In this document: piece after piece, positions 28,601 through 37,413 of the stretch
How the letters are laid out: each line of letters starts with the position of its first letter
How positions within the stretch are numbered: position 1 is the first letter of the stretch
Source: an uncultured Verrucomicrobiota bacterium
GTDB taxonomy: Bacteria > Verrucomicrobiota > Verrucomicrobiia > Opitutales > Opitutaceae
Direction of reading: 5' to 3'
Assembly: GCA_913058185.1 (NCBI GenBank)
Contig: CAJXQX010000008.1
Span: 8,031-72,030, forward strand
DNA: 64,000 bases
Notes under the pieces: model-generated
Databases searched by the model: none
The model's input: only the letters and a program-made list of their open reading frames with translations
Told to the model about the DNA's origin: nothing
Position numbers and translations under genes: made by a program

Positions 28601-28654
28601 CCCAATCCGGAGTATCCCTTCGTCGCCCCTACAATCCATCATTCTTTTACTTTT

Positions 28655-29365
28655 ATGATCCGATCATCCCTCTGCCTTCTTCTCGCTGCCACCCTACTAG
28701 CCGGTTGCGCGAAAACCACCCCCAACGAAACCAACGCAGAAGCGGATTTTGTTTCCCTATTCAACGGCACGGACCTTACCGGTTGGCGCGGTTACAACGG
28801 TGGGCCGATGGACGGCATCTGGGTTGCACAGGAAGGGGGCGTGCTGCATCTCACCGGCCAAACCAAGGGCAGCCCACACGCGAACATCATCACTGAAGCG
28901 GTCTACGACGACTTTGACCTGCGCTTCGAATGGAAGGTCGAAGCCGGCACCAATTCCGGCGTGATGTTCAACGTCGGCGAAGGCCCCAAGCAACCTTACC
29001 TCACGGGGCCCGAGTATCAGGTGTTGGACAACAAAGGATTTCGCTCCGGCAAAGGACTGCCCGTCGGACCGGCAGAGCACACCGCTTCACACTACGGCAT
29101 CGAGCCAGCGGTTAGTGACGAAACCAAAGCGATCGGCGAGTGGAACGAAAGCCGCATCATGCTTCTTGGTAACAACGTGGAGTATTGGCTCAATGGCGTG
29201 ATGACCGCCTCCTACGAGATACACAGCCCGAAGTGGAAGGCACAGGTTGCAGCCGCCAAGTTCGCCAAATGGGAAGACTTCGCGACCCTCGATAAAGGCC
29301 ACATCGGCCTGCAAGATCACGGCCACCGCGTCTGGTTCCGCGATCTCAAGATCAAAGAGCTTTAA
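28655..29365 (+). CDS. DUF1080 (3-keto-disaccharide hydrolase fold) lipoprotein
   Basis: Lipobox LLAGC, FNGTDLTGWRGY, EYQVLDN, GHIGLQDHGHRVWFRDLKIKEL. Confidence 0.85.
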   Translation: MIRSSLCLLLAATLLAGCAKTTPNETNAEADFVSLFNGTDLTGWRGYNGGPMDGIWVAQEGGVLHLTGQTKGSPHANIITEAVYDDFDLRFEWKVEAGTNSGVMFNVGEGPKQPYLTGPEYQVLDNKGFRSGKGLPVGPAEHTASHYGIEPAVSDETKAIGEWNESRIMLLGNNVEYWLNGVMTASYEIHSPKWKAQVAAAKFAKWEDFATLDKGHIGLQDHGHRVWFRDLKIKEL

Positions 29366-29567
29366 GGTGCCCGGGAGGGACGACCTCTGTGCCATCCTCC
29401 CTCCGCGGACCGGACGGAGCCGGTCCCTCCCCAACTACAACGGATCGAACAGAGGGACGGACCACTCCACTGCCGGCGCGCTCGGCGAGCACGCCCTACC
29501 TGCCTAAACAGGGCGCATCCGCTGAAGAGAAGTAGGGCGAGTCTCGCCGAGACCGCCGTTCCAACAC

Positions 29568-29981
29568 TCACTCTGCTTCAATCGCCGTTTGGTAGAGTTG
29601 ATGCAGCTCGAAGGTCTGCCACGCACCGAGTTTCTGGCCGAGTTGGGCGAGTAAGTATAGGAGTCCCGCCAACACCGCCATGGAGCCGCAGATCCATAGC
29701 GCCCACGGAAATTGACCGATGAAGACTTGGGCGAATCCGTAGATGCCGGAGAAGATGCCCAAGAGTCCGGTCATGATGTAACCGTAAATAAACAAGGCCC
29801 ACACTTCGTGCTCCGGGCCATACACGCCAAGGACGTGAGTGCCGCCATCTTCGACCGTTTCCAGACTGAGTTGCAGACGGGGCGACCACCGATCTCGTTT
29901 GGATTCGGCGACATGAATCACGACCATGCCCATGGTCGATCGCACTTCACATTCTGCCGAGGTGGAAGACTCGGCAACCAA
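29568..29981 (-). CDS. Small membrane protein, unknown function
   Basis: Two clear hydrophobic helices (WALFIYGYIMTGLLGIFSGIYGF and WALWICGSMAVLAGLLYLLA). The start is uncertain. Confidence 0.5.
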   Translation of the reverse strand: MVAESSTSAECEVRSTMGMVVIHVAESKRDRWSPRLQLSLETVEDGGTHVLGVYGPEHEVWALFIYGYIMTGLLGIFSGIYGFAQVFIGQFPWALWICGSMAVLAGLLYLLAQLGQKLGAWQTFELHQLYQTAIEAE

Positions 29982-30153
29982 CCGATCTCACAGCACGTCT
30001 AGTGAGTGAGGCACGACCTCTTCGAAACGAGGTCGAACGCGAAAACTACTGGGAGGAGAATTCATGGGGAGGGGTAACTTCGGAGAACCCTAGCAACACC
30101 TCCTCCTCGCGCCAGTCTACTTTTCCCAGACTTCGGATGGGGACGTCACGGGA

Positions 30154-30225
30154 GTCGGGCGTAAAGCCCGACCCACATTCGCCATCGTTCAGCCAGTCTG
30201 ACGTGGGTCGGGCTTCACGCCCGAC
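30154..30225. repeat. Pair of GC-rich palindromic hairpins
   Basis: GTCGGGCgtaaaGCCCGAC (30154-30172) and GTCGGGCttcacGCCCGAC (30207-30225). Sequence is confirmed by track ORF 30002..30262. Located just 3' of the minus-strand sulfatase stop. Confidence 0.7.
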
Positions 30226-30230
30226 TTATC

Positions 30231-31682
30231 CTACTGCTTCCAGACTTCGGACTGAGCGGTGATGGGGACGTCCCACGGGCGCTCGGGCAGCGGACGGTAT
30301 ATGGGATCACTGTCGCGGCCGGGATAGCGGGAAAGTTGGCGAGAGAGGAATGCTTGAGCGGCCGCCGCATCGGCGTCCTTGCTACCGATGATGTTGTTTT
30401 CCTCCCAAGGATCATTCTCGAGATCGAAGAGCTTCTCGGGCGTGCGGTTCGTATCGACGTAAAGTTTGAAGCGCTCGGTGCGCAAAACGCGGTCGCGATA
30501 GACGTAAGCGTTTTCTACGCCGGAATCGGTCAGCTTGGCTTCATTGCGACCCCCCATGGCCATGATCCAATCGTGAGGTGATCGCGCGGATTCACCCAAC
30601 ATCGCGTCGGCCACCGAAATGCCATCGAGAACGAATTGCTCGGGCAGTTTGGCTCCCGCCATATCCGCGAACGTGGGCATCAGGTCAGCGATGCTGAAGA
30701 GCGCATTACTCTCGATGCCGGCCGGAACCCGACCGGGGGCGTTGACGATAAAAGGAGAATTGATGCCGGATTCGAGGGTTTTGGTTTTTCCGCCCGGAAC
30801 GCGACGACCGTTGCGGGTGCCGGTGATCTCTTCGGAAGTGCCGTTGTCGGTGGTCCAAACGATGATCGTGTCATCTCGTATCCCAAGATCATCCAGTGCT
30901 TGCACGAGCTGGCCGGTCAACTCATCGGCGTAGCGGACCATGGCCTTGTGCTGGTCCAACTGATCAGTGACATGGGGTTCCGATGGGGTGGAAACCCACG
31001 GCCAATGCGGCAGACACATGGCGAAATACATCAACATGGGCTCATCCTTATGCTTGCCCATAAAATCGATCAAAAAATCGGTGAACACTTTGTCGCCAAA
31101 CTCACCTGGGTAAGTGCGGCTACCGTCTTTGGTGTGAATGTAGGGGTCCCAGTAGCGTTCGTCGCTGGGCGGGTTGTCGCCTTCCCCACCGGTCCACATG
31201 CAATAGTCATCGAACCCCATTTCGACCATCGCTTCGGGCTGCACCCGGAAGTCGTTGACCTGCCATTTACCGGCGACGGCGGTGGCGTAACCGGCATCGT
31301 TGATCCCTTTGACCAACGATGGATTGAGCACGTAGTCATAGTGTGCACCTCCACCCCAGCGTGGCACGTCCCAGTGATTCACCCACCCATGGCGAAACGG
31401 TTTCTGACCCGTGATAAGGGTCAATCGTGTAGGAGTGCACTGCGGCATAACGTAGAAGTTATTGAACTTCACGCCCCCGGCGGCGAGCGAGTCAACCACG
31501 GGAGTTTCAATGTCCGTCGCGCCGTAAGTGCTCACCCATTCCTTGCCGAGATCATCGAGCAAAATGAACAGGATATTGGGACGGTCGTCCGTGCGTTTGG
31601 CGGTTGCCGGCACGCTCAGGAGCGCAACAGCCGAGAAAACTACGAGGAGTCGGAGGGTCAATTTCATCGGAATGGGATTCAT
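30231..31682 (-). CDS. Exported S1-family sulfatase
   Basis: Signal peptide, PNILFILLDDLG, CTPTRLTLITGQKPFRHG, AGKWQ, WTTDNG. Confidence 0.9.
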   Translation of the reverse strand: MNPIPMKLTLRLLVVFSAVALLSVPATAKRTDDRPNILFILLDDLGKEWVSTYGATDIETPVVDSLAAGGVKFNNFYVMPQCTPTRLTLITGQKPFRHGWVNHWDVPRWGGGAHYDYVLNPSLVKGINDAGYATAVAGKWQVNDFRVQPEAMVEMGFDDYCMWTGGEGDNPPSDERYWDPYIHTKDGSRTYPGEFGDKVFTDFLIDFMGKHKDEPMLMYFAMCLPHWPWVSTPSEPHVTDQLDQHKAMVRYADELTGQLVQALDDLGIRDDTIIVWTTDNGTSEEITGTRNGRRVPGGKTKTLESGINSPFIVNAPGRVPAGIESNALFSIADLMPTFADMAGAKLPEQFVLDGISVADAMLGESARSPHDWIMAMGGRNEAKLTDSGVENAYVYRDRVLRTERFKLYVDTNRTPEKLFDLENDPWEENNIIGSKDADAAAAQAFLSRQLSRYPGRDSDPIYRPLPERPWDVPITAQSEVWKQ

Positions 31683-32026
31683 GAAAATTCAGAGAAGATG
31701 CGGGTAAACGGCGCGGAGATCTACTTTGTCGCCTAGGTCGATCGGAGCATCATTGGGGTGAGTAGGGGCAAAATCAGGTAATCTGAATTATTGAACACAC
31801 CACGACCTGAACCTAGCGGCAAAATCAGTTCGGATTAAACTATTAACTCTGCATAAACAAAACACTCGACCGGAAGTAATCTGACTGGGGCAGCCTAATT
31901 CACCTCTCCCATGCCCCCCACTCCGCCGCTTAGAAACCAAATATTGCCGTGACCATGCTATCTCTTCATCACGAAGTCCTTTAGCATTAGGCGTCACCCT
32001 ACCCTAGCTCTACCCACATCCCAGAT

Positions 32027-35000
32027 ATGAAGTTTGTTTTTTCCACCTGCTTGGCTTTCCTGAGCGTTGCTGCTTTCGGTCAGACCGATGCGCCTGAATT
32101 ACCACCGGGGGTGATCACACCGATCAATCCCGAGTCGGTGCCATTTGAGCGCACGAAGGCACCCAAACGCCTATCTGTGAATTCCGATGATCACATTGCG
32201 TTGATCGGATCTGGACTCGGTTCGCGGATGAACCACTTCGGGCACTTCGAGACAGAAATCTTCCTACGTTTTGCGGCCGAAGAACTTACTATTCGGAATT
32301 TCAGCGACGAAGGGAACACCCCAGCCTTTCGCCCGCATTCCGCTCGAATGAAAGAGGAGCAATACGCCTTCCCCGGTGGCAAGGAATTGCTGCCCCCCGC
32401 ATTTCAAGTCAACTCACGCCCCAATGGTCATTTCGAGACCCCCGACCAATGGCTGACCCGATTCGGCGCCGACACCATCATCGCGTTCTTCGGTCTCAAC
32501 TCGTCCTTCGAAGGCCCGGATGGCGTGGACCGCTTCAAAAAAGAGCTGGAGGCATTTGTCCAACATACCCTCAGCCAGAAATACAACGGTGAGAATGTGC
32601 CTCAGCTCGCCCTCATCTCTCCGGCCGCTTTTCAAGATCTCTCCGCTAAATACCACACCCCCAACGGGAAAACAGAGAATGCCAATATATCGCTCTACAC
32701 GAAAGCGATGCGACAGGTCGCGAAACAAAACGGCGTGCTCTTCGTCGACATCTTTGCCGCGACCAAGAAGTGGTATCGGGACGGCAACGAATACACCGCC
32801 GACGGGGCCATTCTCACCGAAGCCGCTTACCAGAAACTCGCCCCCCATCTGGCCTCCGCCCTCTTCCCCCGATCCAAGCCCGTCAACTCCTCACGCGCTG
32901 TTGTGCATGACGCCGTGATGCAAAAGAACTGGGCTTGGCTCAATGTGTTCAAAATCCCCAACGGGGTTCACGCCTACGGACGTCGCTACAATCCCTTCGG
33001 TCCCGACAACTATCCGTTCGAACTCAAGAAAGCCCGGGAGATGGCCGCCATCCGGGATCGCCAAATTTGGGCAAAACTCGATGGAGCTCCCTTTGACCTC
33101 GCCGCCGAAGACGCCCAATCCTCCGAACTGCCTCCGGTAGAAACCAACTACCAACCCAGTGTGAAAAATGGCACGGTTGACTACCGTCCCGGCGCGATCG
33201 TCGAGACTAAGATTAAGACCGCACCCGGCTACAAAATCGAGCTCTTCGCCGACGAAAGTCTATTCCCAGATCTGGCGAACCCCAACCAAATGGCGTTCGA
33301 CAATCAGGGGCGCCTCTGGGTTTCGACCATGCCGAGCTACCCTCACTACCAAATCGGTGACCCTCTGCCCAACGACAAGCTCCTCATTTTCGAGGACACC
33401 GACAATGATGGGCAGGCCGACAAACAAATCACCTGGGCCGAGAACCTTCATATCCCGATCGGTTTCGAAATCACCCACGACGGCGTCTACGTTTCGCAAA
33501 GTGGCAGCTTGATCTTGCTCCGCGACACCGATGGCGATGACAAGGCCGACACCAAGGAGATCGTCCTCAGTGGATTCGACGATCATGACACCCATCACGC
33601 CATCTCCGCTTTCTCCGCCGACCCCTCTGGCGCGATCATGATGGGCGAAGGACTGTTCAGTCACACCAACGTCGAGACCGCCTACGGTCCCGTGCGCGGC
33701 AACAACGGCGTATTCTACCGCTACACCCCGCAGCGCAAAAAACTCATCAATTATGCTCAGGTCAAAATCCCCAACCCTTGGGGCATCTCCTTTAACGACT
33801 TCGGGCAGGATTTTTTCCTCCACACCTCCGGCACCAAGTTGTCGTGGATGATGCCCGGATCGGTTAAACCCGTCTACGGCGTGAACATCGAAGCGCCCGA
33901 TCTCATTACGTCCAACAAAGTGCGTCCCACTTCCGGCCTCGAATTTGTCTCCAGCCGACATTTCCCCGACGAGGTGCAAGGAGATATTTTGTTCAACAAT
34001 GCCATCGGATTCCTCGGAGCTAAACAGCACCAGGTGGTCGAAGACGGCACGGGGTTCACCACCGAATACCGCCACGATCTATTCGTCTCCGATGATCTTA
34101 ACTTTCGGCCGGTTGACCTGGAATTCGCGCCCGATGGTTCGCTTTATGTTGTCGATTGGCACAACGCCTTGATCGGCCACATGCAACACTCCGCCCGCGA
34201 CCCAAATAGAGATCACGTGCATGGTCGAATCTACCGCATCACCTACCCGTCCCGCCCCCTCGTGACGCCGCCCCAAGTTGCGGGAGCCTCGATCTCCGTG
34301 TTGCTCGAAAACTTGAAACTACCCGAATACCGGGCTCGCTACCGCTCACGGCGTGAACTTCGCGGTCGCGACGCCAATGAGGTCGTGCAGGCCGCAACGG
34401 CATGGGCTGCGCAACAGTCCGATGATCGTCTGAAACTCGAAGCCCTTTGGGTGACGTGGGGAGCCGACCAAATCGCTCCCTCACTCGTGCATGAACTTTT
34501 CCAATCCGACGACCATCGCATTCGCGCCGCCGTCGTCCGAGTCATTCGCTTCAACGGCCACCAACTTCGAGACCAATCAAAACTACTGATGCAAGCAGCC
34601 AAAGATCCCCACGGTCGCGTGCGACTCGAAGCCATCACAGCGGGGAGCCAACTCGATCAAAAAACCGGCGAAGCGATCCTCGCAGCCGCAGAGACAGTGG
34701 GCATTGATGAGCACATGTTCATCAGTTTTGAACATGCCAAAGCTGCCCTCGCCGGTGAATTTCTGCCTAAAGCTAATAAAGACGAACTTCAGGCTCCGGC
34801 CCACCTCGCGGGTGGAGATGCTAAACGATTCCTGCAGGGGGCTGAGATCTATGAGCGCGAAGGTCACTGCGCTACGTGTCATCAACCTGACGGCAAGGGA
34901 TTACCCGATGTTGGTTTCCCTCCTCTCGCCGGAACCAAATGGGCTCTGGGCGATCCTGATCGTCTCATCAAGTTGACGCTCAATGGCTTGTTTGGGCCAA

Positions 35001-35233
35001 TTGAGGTTCTAGGGAAAGACTACCCCGGCGTCGTGCCGATGACCCCATTTGGAGGCCTGCTCAAGGACGATGAATTGGCCGCCGTGCTCACTTACGTGCG
35101 TAACGCGTTCGGTAACAAAGCGAGCCCCATCAAACCCAATCAAATCAAGAAGGTTCGTGATTCGATCGCAGATCATCCCGGGATGTATAACCCGGCGGAG
35201 CTACTGAAAGAGCACCCTTTCACCAACAATTAA
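32027..35233 (+). CDS. PVC-type heme-binding protein (membrane-bound-dehydrogenase domain, HEAT repeats, C-terminal cytochrome c)
   Basis: 1068 aa. Signal peptide, then an N-terminal SGNH-like domain with a degenerate block I (IALIGSGLGSRM). A beta-propeller-like middle follows (NQMAFDNQGRLWVS, PWGISFN, DGSLYVVDWHN). HEAT-like repeats and CATCHQPDGKG lie near the C-terminus. Confidence 0.85.
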   Translation: MKFVFSTCLAFLSVAAFGQTDAPELPPGVITPINPESVPFERTKAPKRLSVNSDDHIALIGSGLGSRMNHFGHFETEIFLRFAAEELTIRNFSDEGNTPAFRPHSARMKEEQYAFPGGKELLPPAFQVNSRPNGHFETPDQWLTRFGADTIIAFFGLNSSFEGPDGVDRFKKELEAFVQHTLSQKYNGENVPQLALISPAAFQDLSAKYHTPNGKTENANISLYTKAMRQVAKQNGVLFVDIFAATKKWYRDGNEYTADGAILTEAAYQKLAPHLASALFPRSKPVNSSRAVVHDAVMQKNWAWLNVFKIPNGVHAYGRRYNPFGPDNYPFELKKAREMAAIRDRQIWAKLDGAPFDLAAEDAQSSELPPVETNYQPSVKNGTVDYRPGAIVETKIKTAPGYKIELFADESLFPDLANPNQMAFDNQGRLWVSTMPSYPHYQIGDPLPNDKLLIFEDTDNDGQADKQITWAENLHIPIGFEITHDGVYVSQSGSLILLRDTDGDDKADTKEIVLSGFDDHDTHHAISAFSADPSGAIMMGEGLFSHTNVETAYGPVRGNNGVFYRYTPQRKKLINYAQVKIPNPWGISFNDFGQDFFLHTSGTKLSWMMPGSVKPVYGVNIEAPDLITSNKVRPTSGLEFVSSRHFPDEVQGDILFNNAIGFLGAKQHQVVEDGTGFTTEYRHDLFVSDDLNFRPVDLEFAPDGSLYVVDWHNALIGHMQHSARDPNRDHVHGRIYRITYPSRPLVTPPQVAGASISVLLENLKLPEYRARYRSRRELRGRDANEVVQAATAWAAQQSDDRLKLEALWVTWGADQIAPSLVHELFQSDDHRIRAAVVRVIRFNGHQLRDQSKLLMQAAKDPHGRVRLEAITAGSQLDQKTGEAILAAAETVGIDEHMFISFEHAKAALAGEFLPKANKDELQAPAHLAGGDAKRFLQGAEIYEREGHCATCHQPDGKGLPDVGFPPLAGTKWALGDPDRLIKLTLNGLFGPIEVLGKDYPGVVPMTPFGGLLKDDELAAVLTYVRNAFGNKASPIKPNQIKKVRDSIADHPGMYNPAELLKEHPFTNN

Positions 35234-35302
35234 TCACCCATAATTAAACACTCTCAGACCTGTGAGGTTAGCCTCGCTGGAAATCATCAAACGTTCAGAT
35301 CC

Positions 35303-36389
35303 ATGAAATTGATTGATCGGGCTCCCCTCGTCTTGGAGGCACGTTTTCTCGCCCTCCTTGTGATGATGATGAGTGCAACAATGGCACCACTGCGCTTGGC
35401 CGCGGTGCGTCCTGCCTCTGTTTTTACGGATCATATGGTATTGCAACGCGACATGCCCGTGCCCGTCTGGGGTTGGGCCGAGCCCGGTGAAGAGGTCACC
35501 GTCACGTTCGACCAACAGTCGAAGTCGACGGTGGCAGATCAGGATGGTAAGTGGCAGATTGCCCTCGATCCGCTCAAGGGATCATCCCAACCCACCACAT
35601 TGGGAATTCGCTCGACGAACGACGATACCTTGGTGGAGCTGAATGATGTCGTCGTAGGGGAAGTCTGGATCTGTTCGGGACAATCAAACATGCAGATGGC
35701 GGCCACGGTCACTCCGGAGCTAAAGACTCTGTTCGAAGCCTCCTCCGGAATTCGTTCTTTTACCGTTCGTCGAACCGTGGCCTTTACGGAGCAGGACGAA
35801 TGCGAAGGACAATGGGCCGTAGCCCCACCCAATAGCGCCGTAGCGTTTTCATTCGCTCACTATCTGCGTCAGGACAGCGATGTGCCGGTGGGGATCATTC
35901 TTTCCGCCTGGGGGAGCTCTTCCATCGAAGCTTGGATGCCGCAAGACATGACCGAGCAGCTTCCTCACCTCGCAACCATCGTAGGCGAATTCGAGGCGGA
36001 CACGACCAAGAAAGCCCAAATTGCCCATCGGCCGACGACTGGCACTGCTAGCCACGCGTGACACCCACAATCGCAACGTCGTCGCCCAAGGCCCGACCCT
36101 ATCGAAGGTAAAAATCCGCGACAACAAACTCGTGATCCACTTCGAGCACGCGCGAGGACTCCAAACCGCCGATGGACTTACCCCGACCGCTTTCTGGTTG
36201 GCCGACGAATCCAAACAATGGCACCGGGCTGACGCCCGCATTGTGAACGAAACGGTGGAACTCACGGCGCCCGGACTCACTACGCCGCGCTACGTGCGCT
36301 ATGCTTTTGCCGGGAAACCTAAGGTGAATCTGATCAACGTGGTCGGCCTCCCCGCCTACCCGTTTCGCACTGATCGTTTTGATCCTTGA
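35303..36389 (+). pseudogene. Sialate O-acetylesterase paralog with internal deletion and frame change
   Basis: Track ORFs 35303..36061 (N-part with VGEVWICSGQSNM) and 36021..36389 (C-part with IGRRLALLA...PRYVRYAF) are in different frames. Together they have about 165 fewer residues than paralog 4962..6575. The WYQGE block and the catalytic-His block are missing. Confidence 0.75.
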
Positions 36390-36427
36390 GTCGTCACGGT
36401 TCCGAACCGTCTAGATCGCAGCCTAAG

Positions 36428-36616
36428 AAGGTAGGGACCGCCCTGTCCGCCAACGGCGAGATCGCCGAGCCGTCCGCTCGTGCCTCTCAGCAGACTGCGC
36501 AGGATCCCGGGGTCAGCGACTCCGGCTACAACAAAACCGCCTTCACCCATTTACTCCGGACGGCCCCGCCGGTCCCGTCGTCGCCAGGGTTTTGGCGGAC
36601 AAGCCGTCCCTACCTT
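36428..36616. repeat. Long-range imperfect inverted repeat between convergent genes
   Basis: AAGGTAGGGACcgcccTGTCCGCCAA (36428-36453) versus TTGGCGGACAagccGTCCCTACCTT (36592-36616). Sequence is confirmed by track ORF 36386..36664. Confidence 0.6.
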
Positions 36617-37371
36617 TTCGGTGGCAAATGCGACGCGATCACTTTCGCGACGTGGTTGGCTTGAGCGGCGATTCCTGCGGGTTTGAAGTGAACGTTGCCG
36701 GGTTGCTCATACGGCAGCGAAACCGTGCGTAGATCGGTGATCGCGATCGCAGGATGATCAGCCAAAACCGCCCGTGCGGCCGCATTGTAGCTCAATTCAC
36801 TTTCCTCGAATCGTCCATTCGATCCGGGGGGCACTTTGGTGGTGAGGGCAAAGATGAGTTTTGCTTTGGGCGCGGTCTCACGGAGGTGAGCGATAATGCC
36901 GCGTAGGTTGGCCATATACTCCTGCACCGTCGCCACCAACTGACCGTTCTCCATATCCAATTTCTCGCGATCATTGACATACTTCAGATCGTGCAGACCG
37001 ACGTTGATGTGAATCACGTCCCATTCGAAGTCCCAACGATCCTCGAGATCAACCGCGCGCATGGTCGACTCTAGCCGATCAAACTTCGCGATGAACGAGG
37101 CCGAAAATCCGCCATTGAGATGAATACGGTAGACATTGGCGCGATCCACGAGGGTCTCCCGCACTCCCTGGGTATATCCGATAGAAATGGAATCTCCGTA
37201 AATAAGAACGTTGGGCAAATCGGACTGATTCTCAACGTAGCCAAAGACCTCCCGTTCCCCCAACTTACCCGTAAGCTCAGCCCAAGCAGCTTGCGCCGTG
37301 TCCGCCTGAGCCGAGGTTGCTAAAATTACTCCCACCAGTCCGCTCGCTAAGAGTCTTGAAAAATTAGTCAT
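36610..37371 (-). CDS. Exported SGNH/GDSL hydrolase
   Basis: Signal peptide. Block I is VLIYGDSISIGY and block III-like is INVGLHD. Confidence 0.8.
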   Translation of the reverse strand: MTNFSRLLASGLVGVILATSAQADTAQAAWAELTGKLGEREVFGYVENQSDLPNVLIYGDSISIGYTQGVRETLVDRANVYRIHLNGGFSASFIAKFDRLESTMRAVDLEDRWDFEWDVIHINVGLHDLKYVNDREKLDMENGQLVATVQEYMANLRGIIAHLRETAPKAKLIFALTTKVPPGSNGRFEESELSYNAAARAVLADHPAIAITDLRTVSLPYEQPGNVHFKPAGIAAQANHVAKVIASHLPPKR

Positions 37372-37413
37372 AAGCGGAGCGAAACGAACTTCGGGGGCTG
37401 AGTCAGCCTTGAA

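Noticed and set aside
30636-31736. 366-aa plus-strand ORF, and many similar long antisense ORFs: 21042-22076, 25046-26077, 33260-34075, 13319-13870, 17244-17804, 38569-39228, 49548-50225, 15850-16503.
   Set aside because: Each lies opposite a gene with unmistakable family motifs. Their translations are Arg/Gly/Pro/His-rich with no recognisable domains. They are typical shadow ORFs of GC-rich coding DNA.
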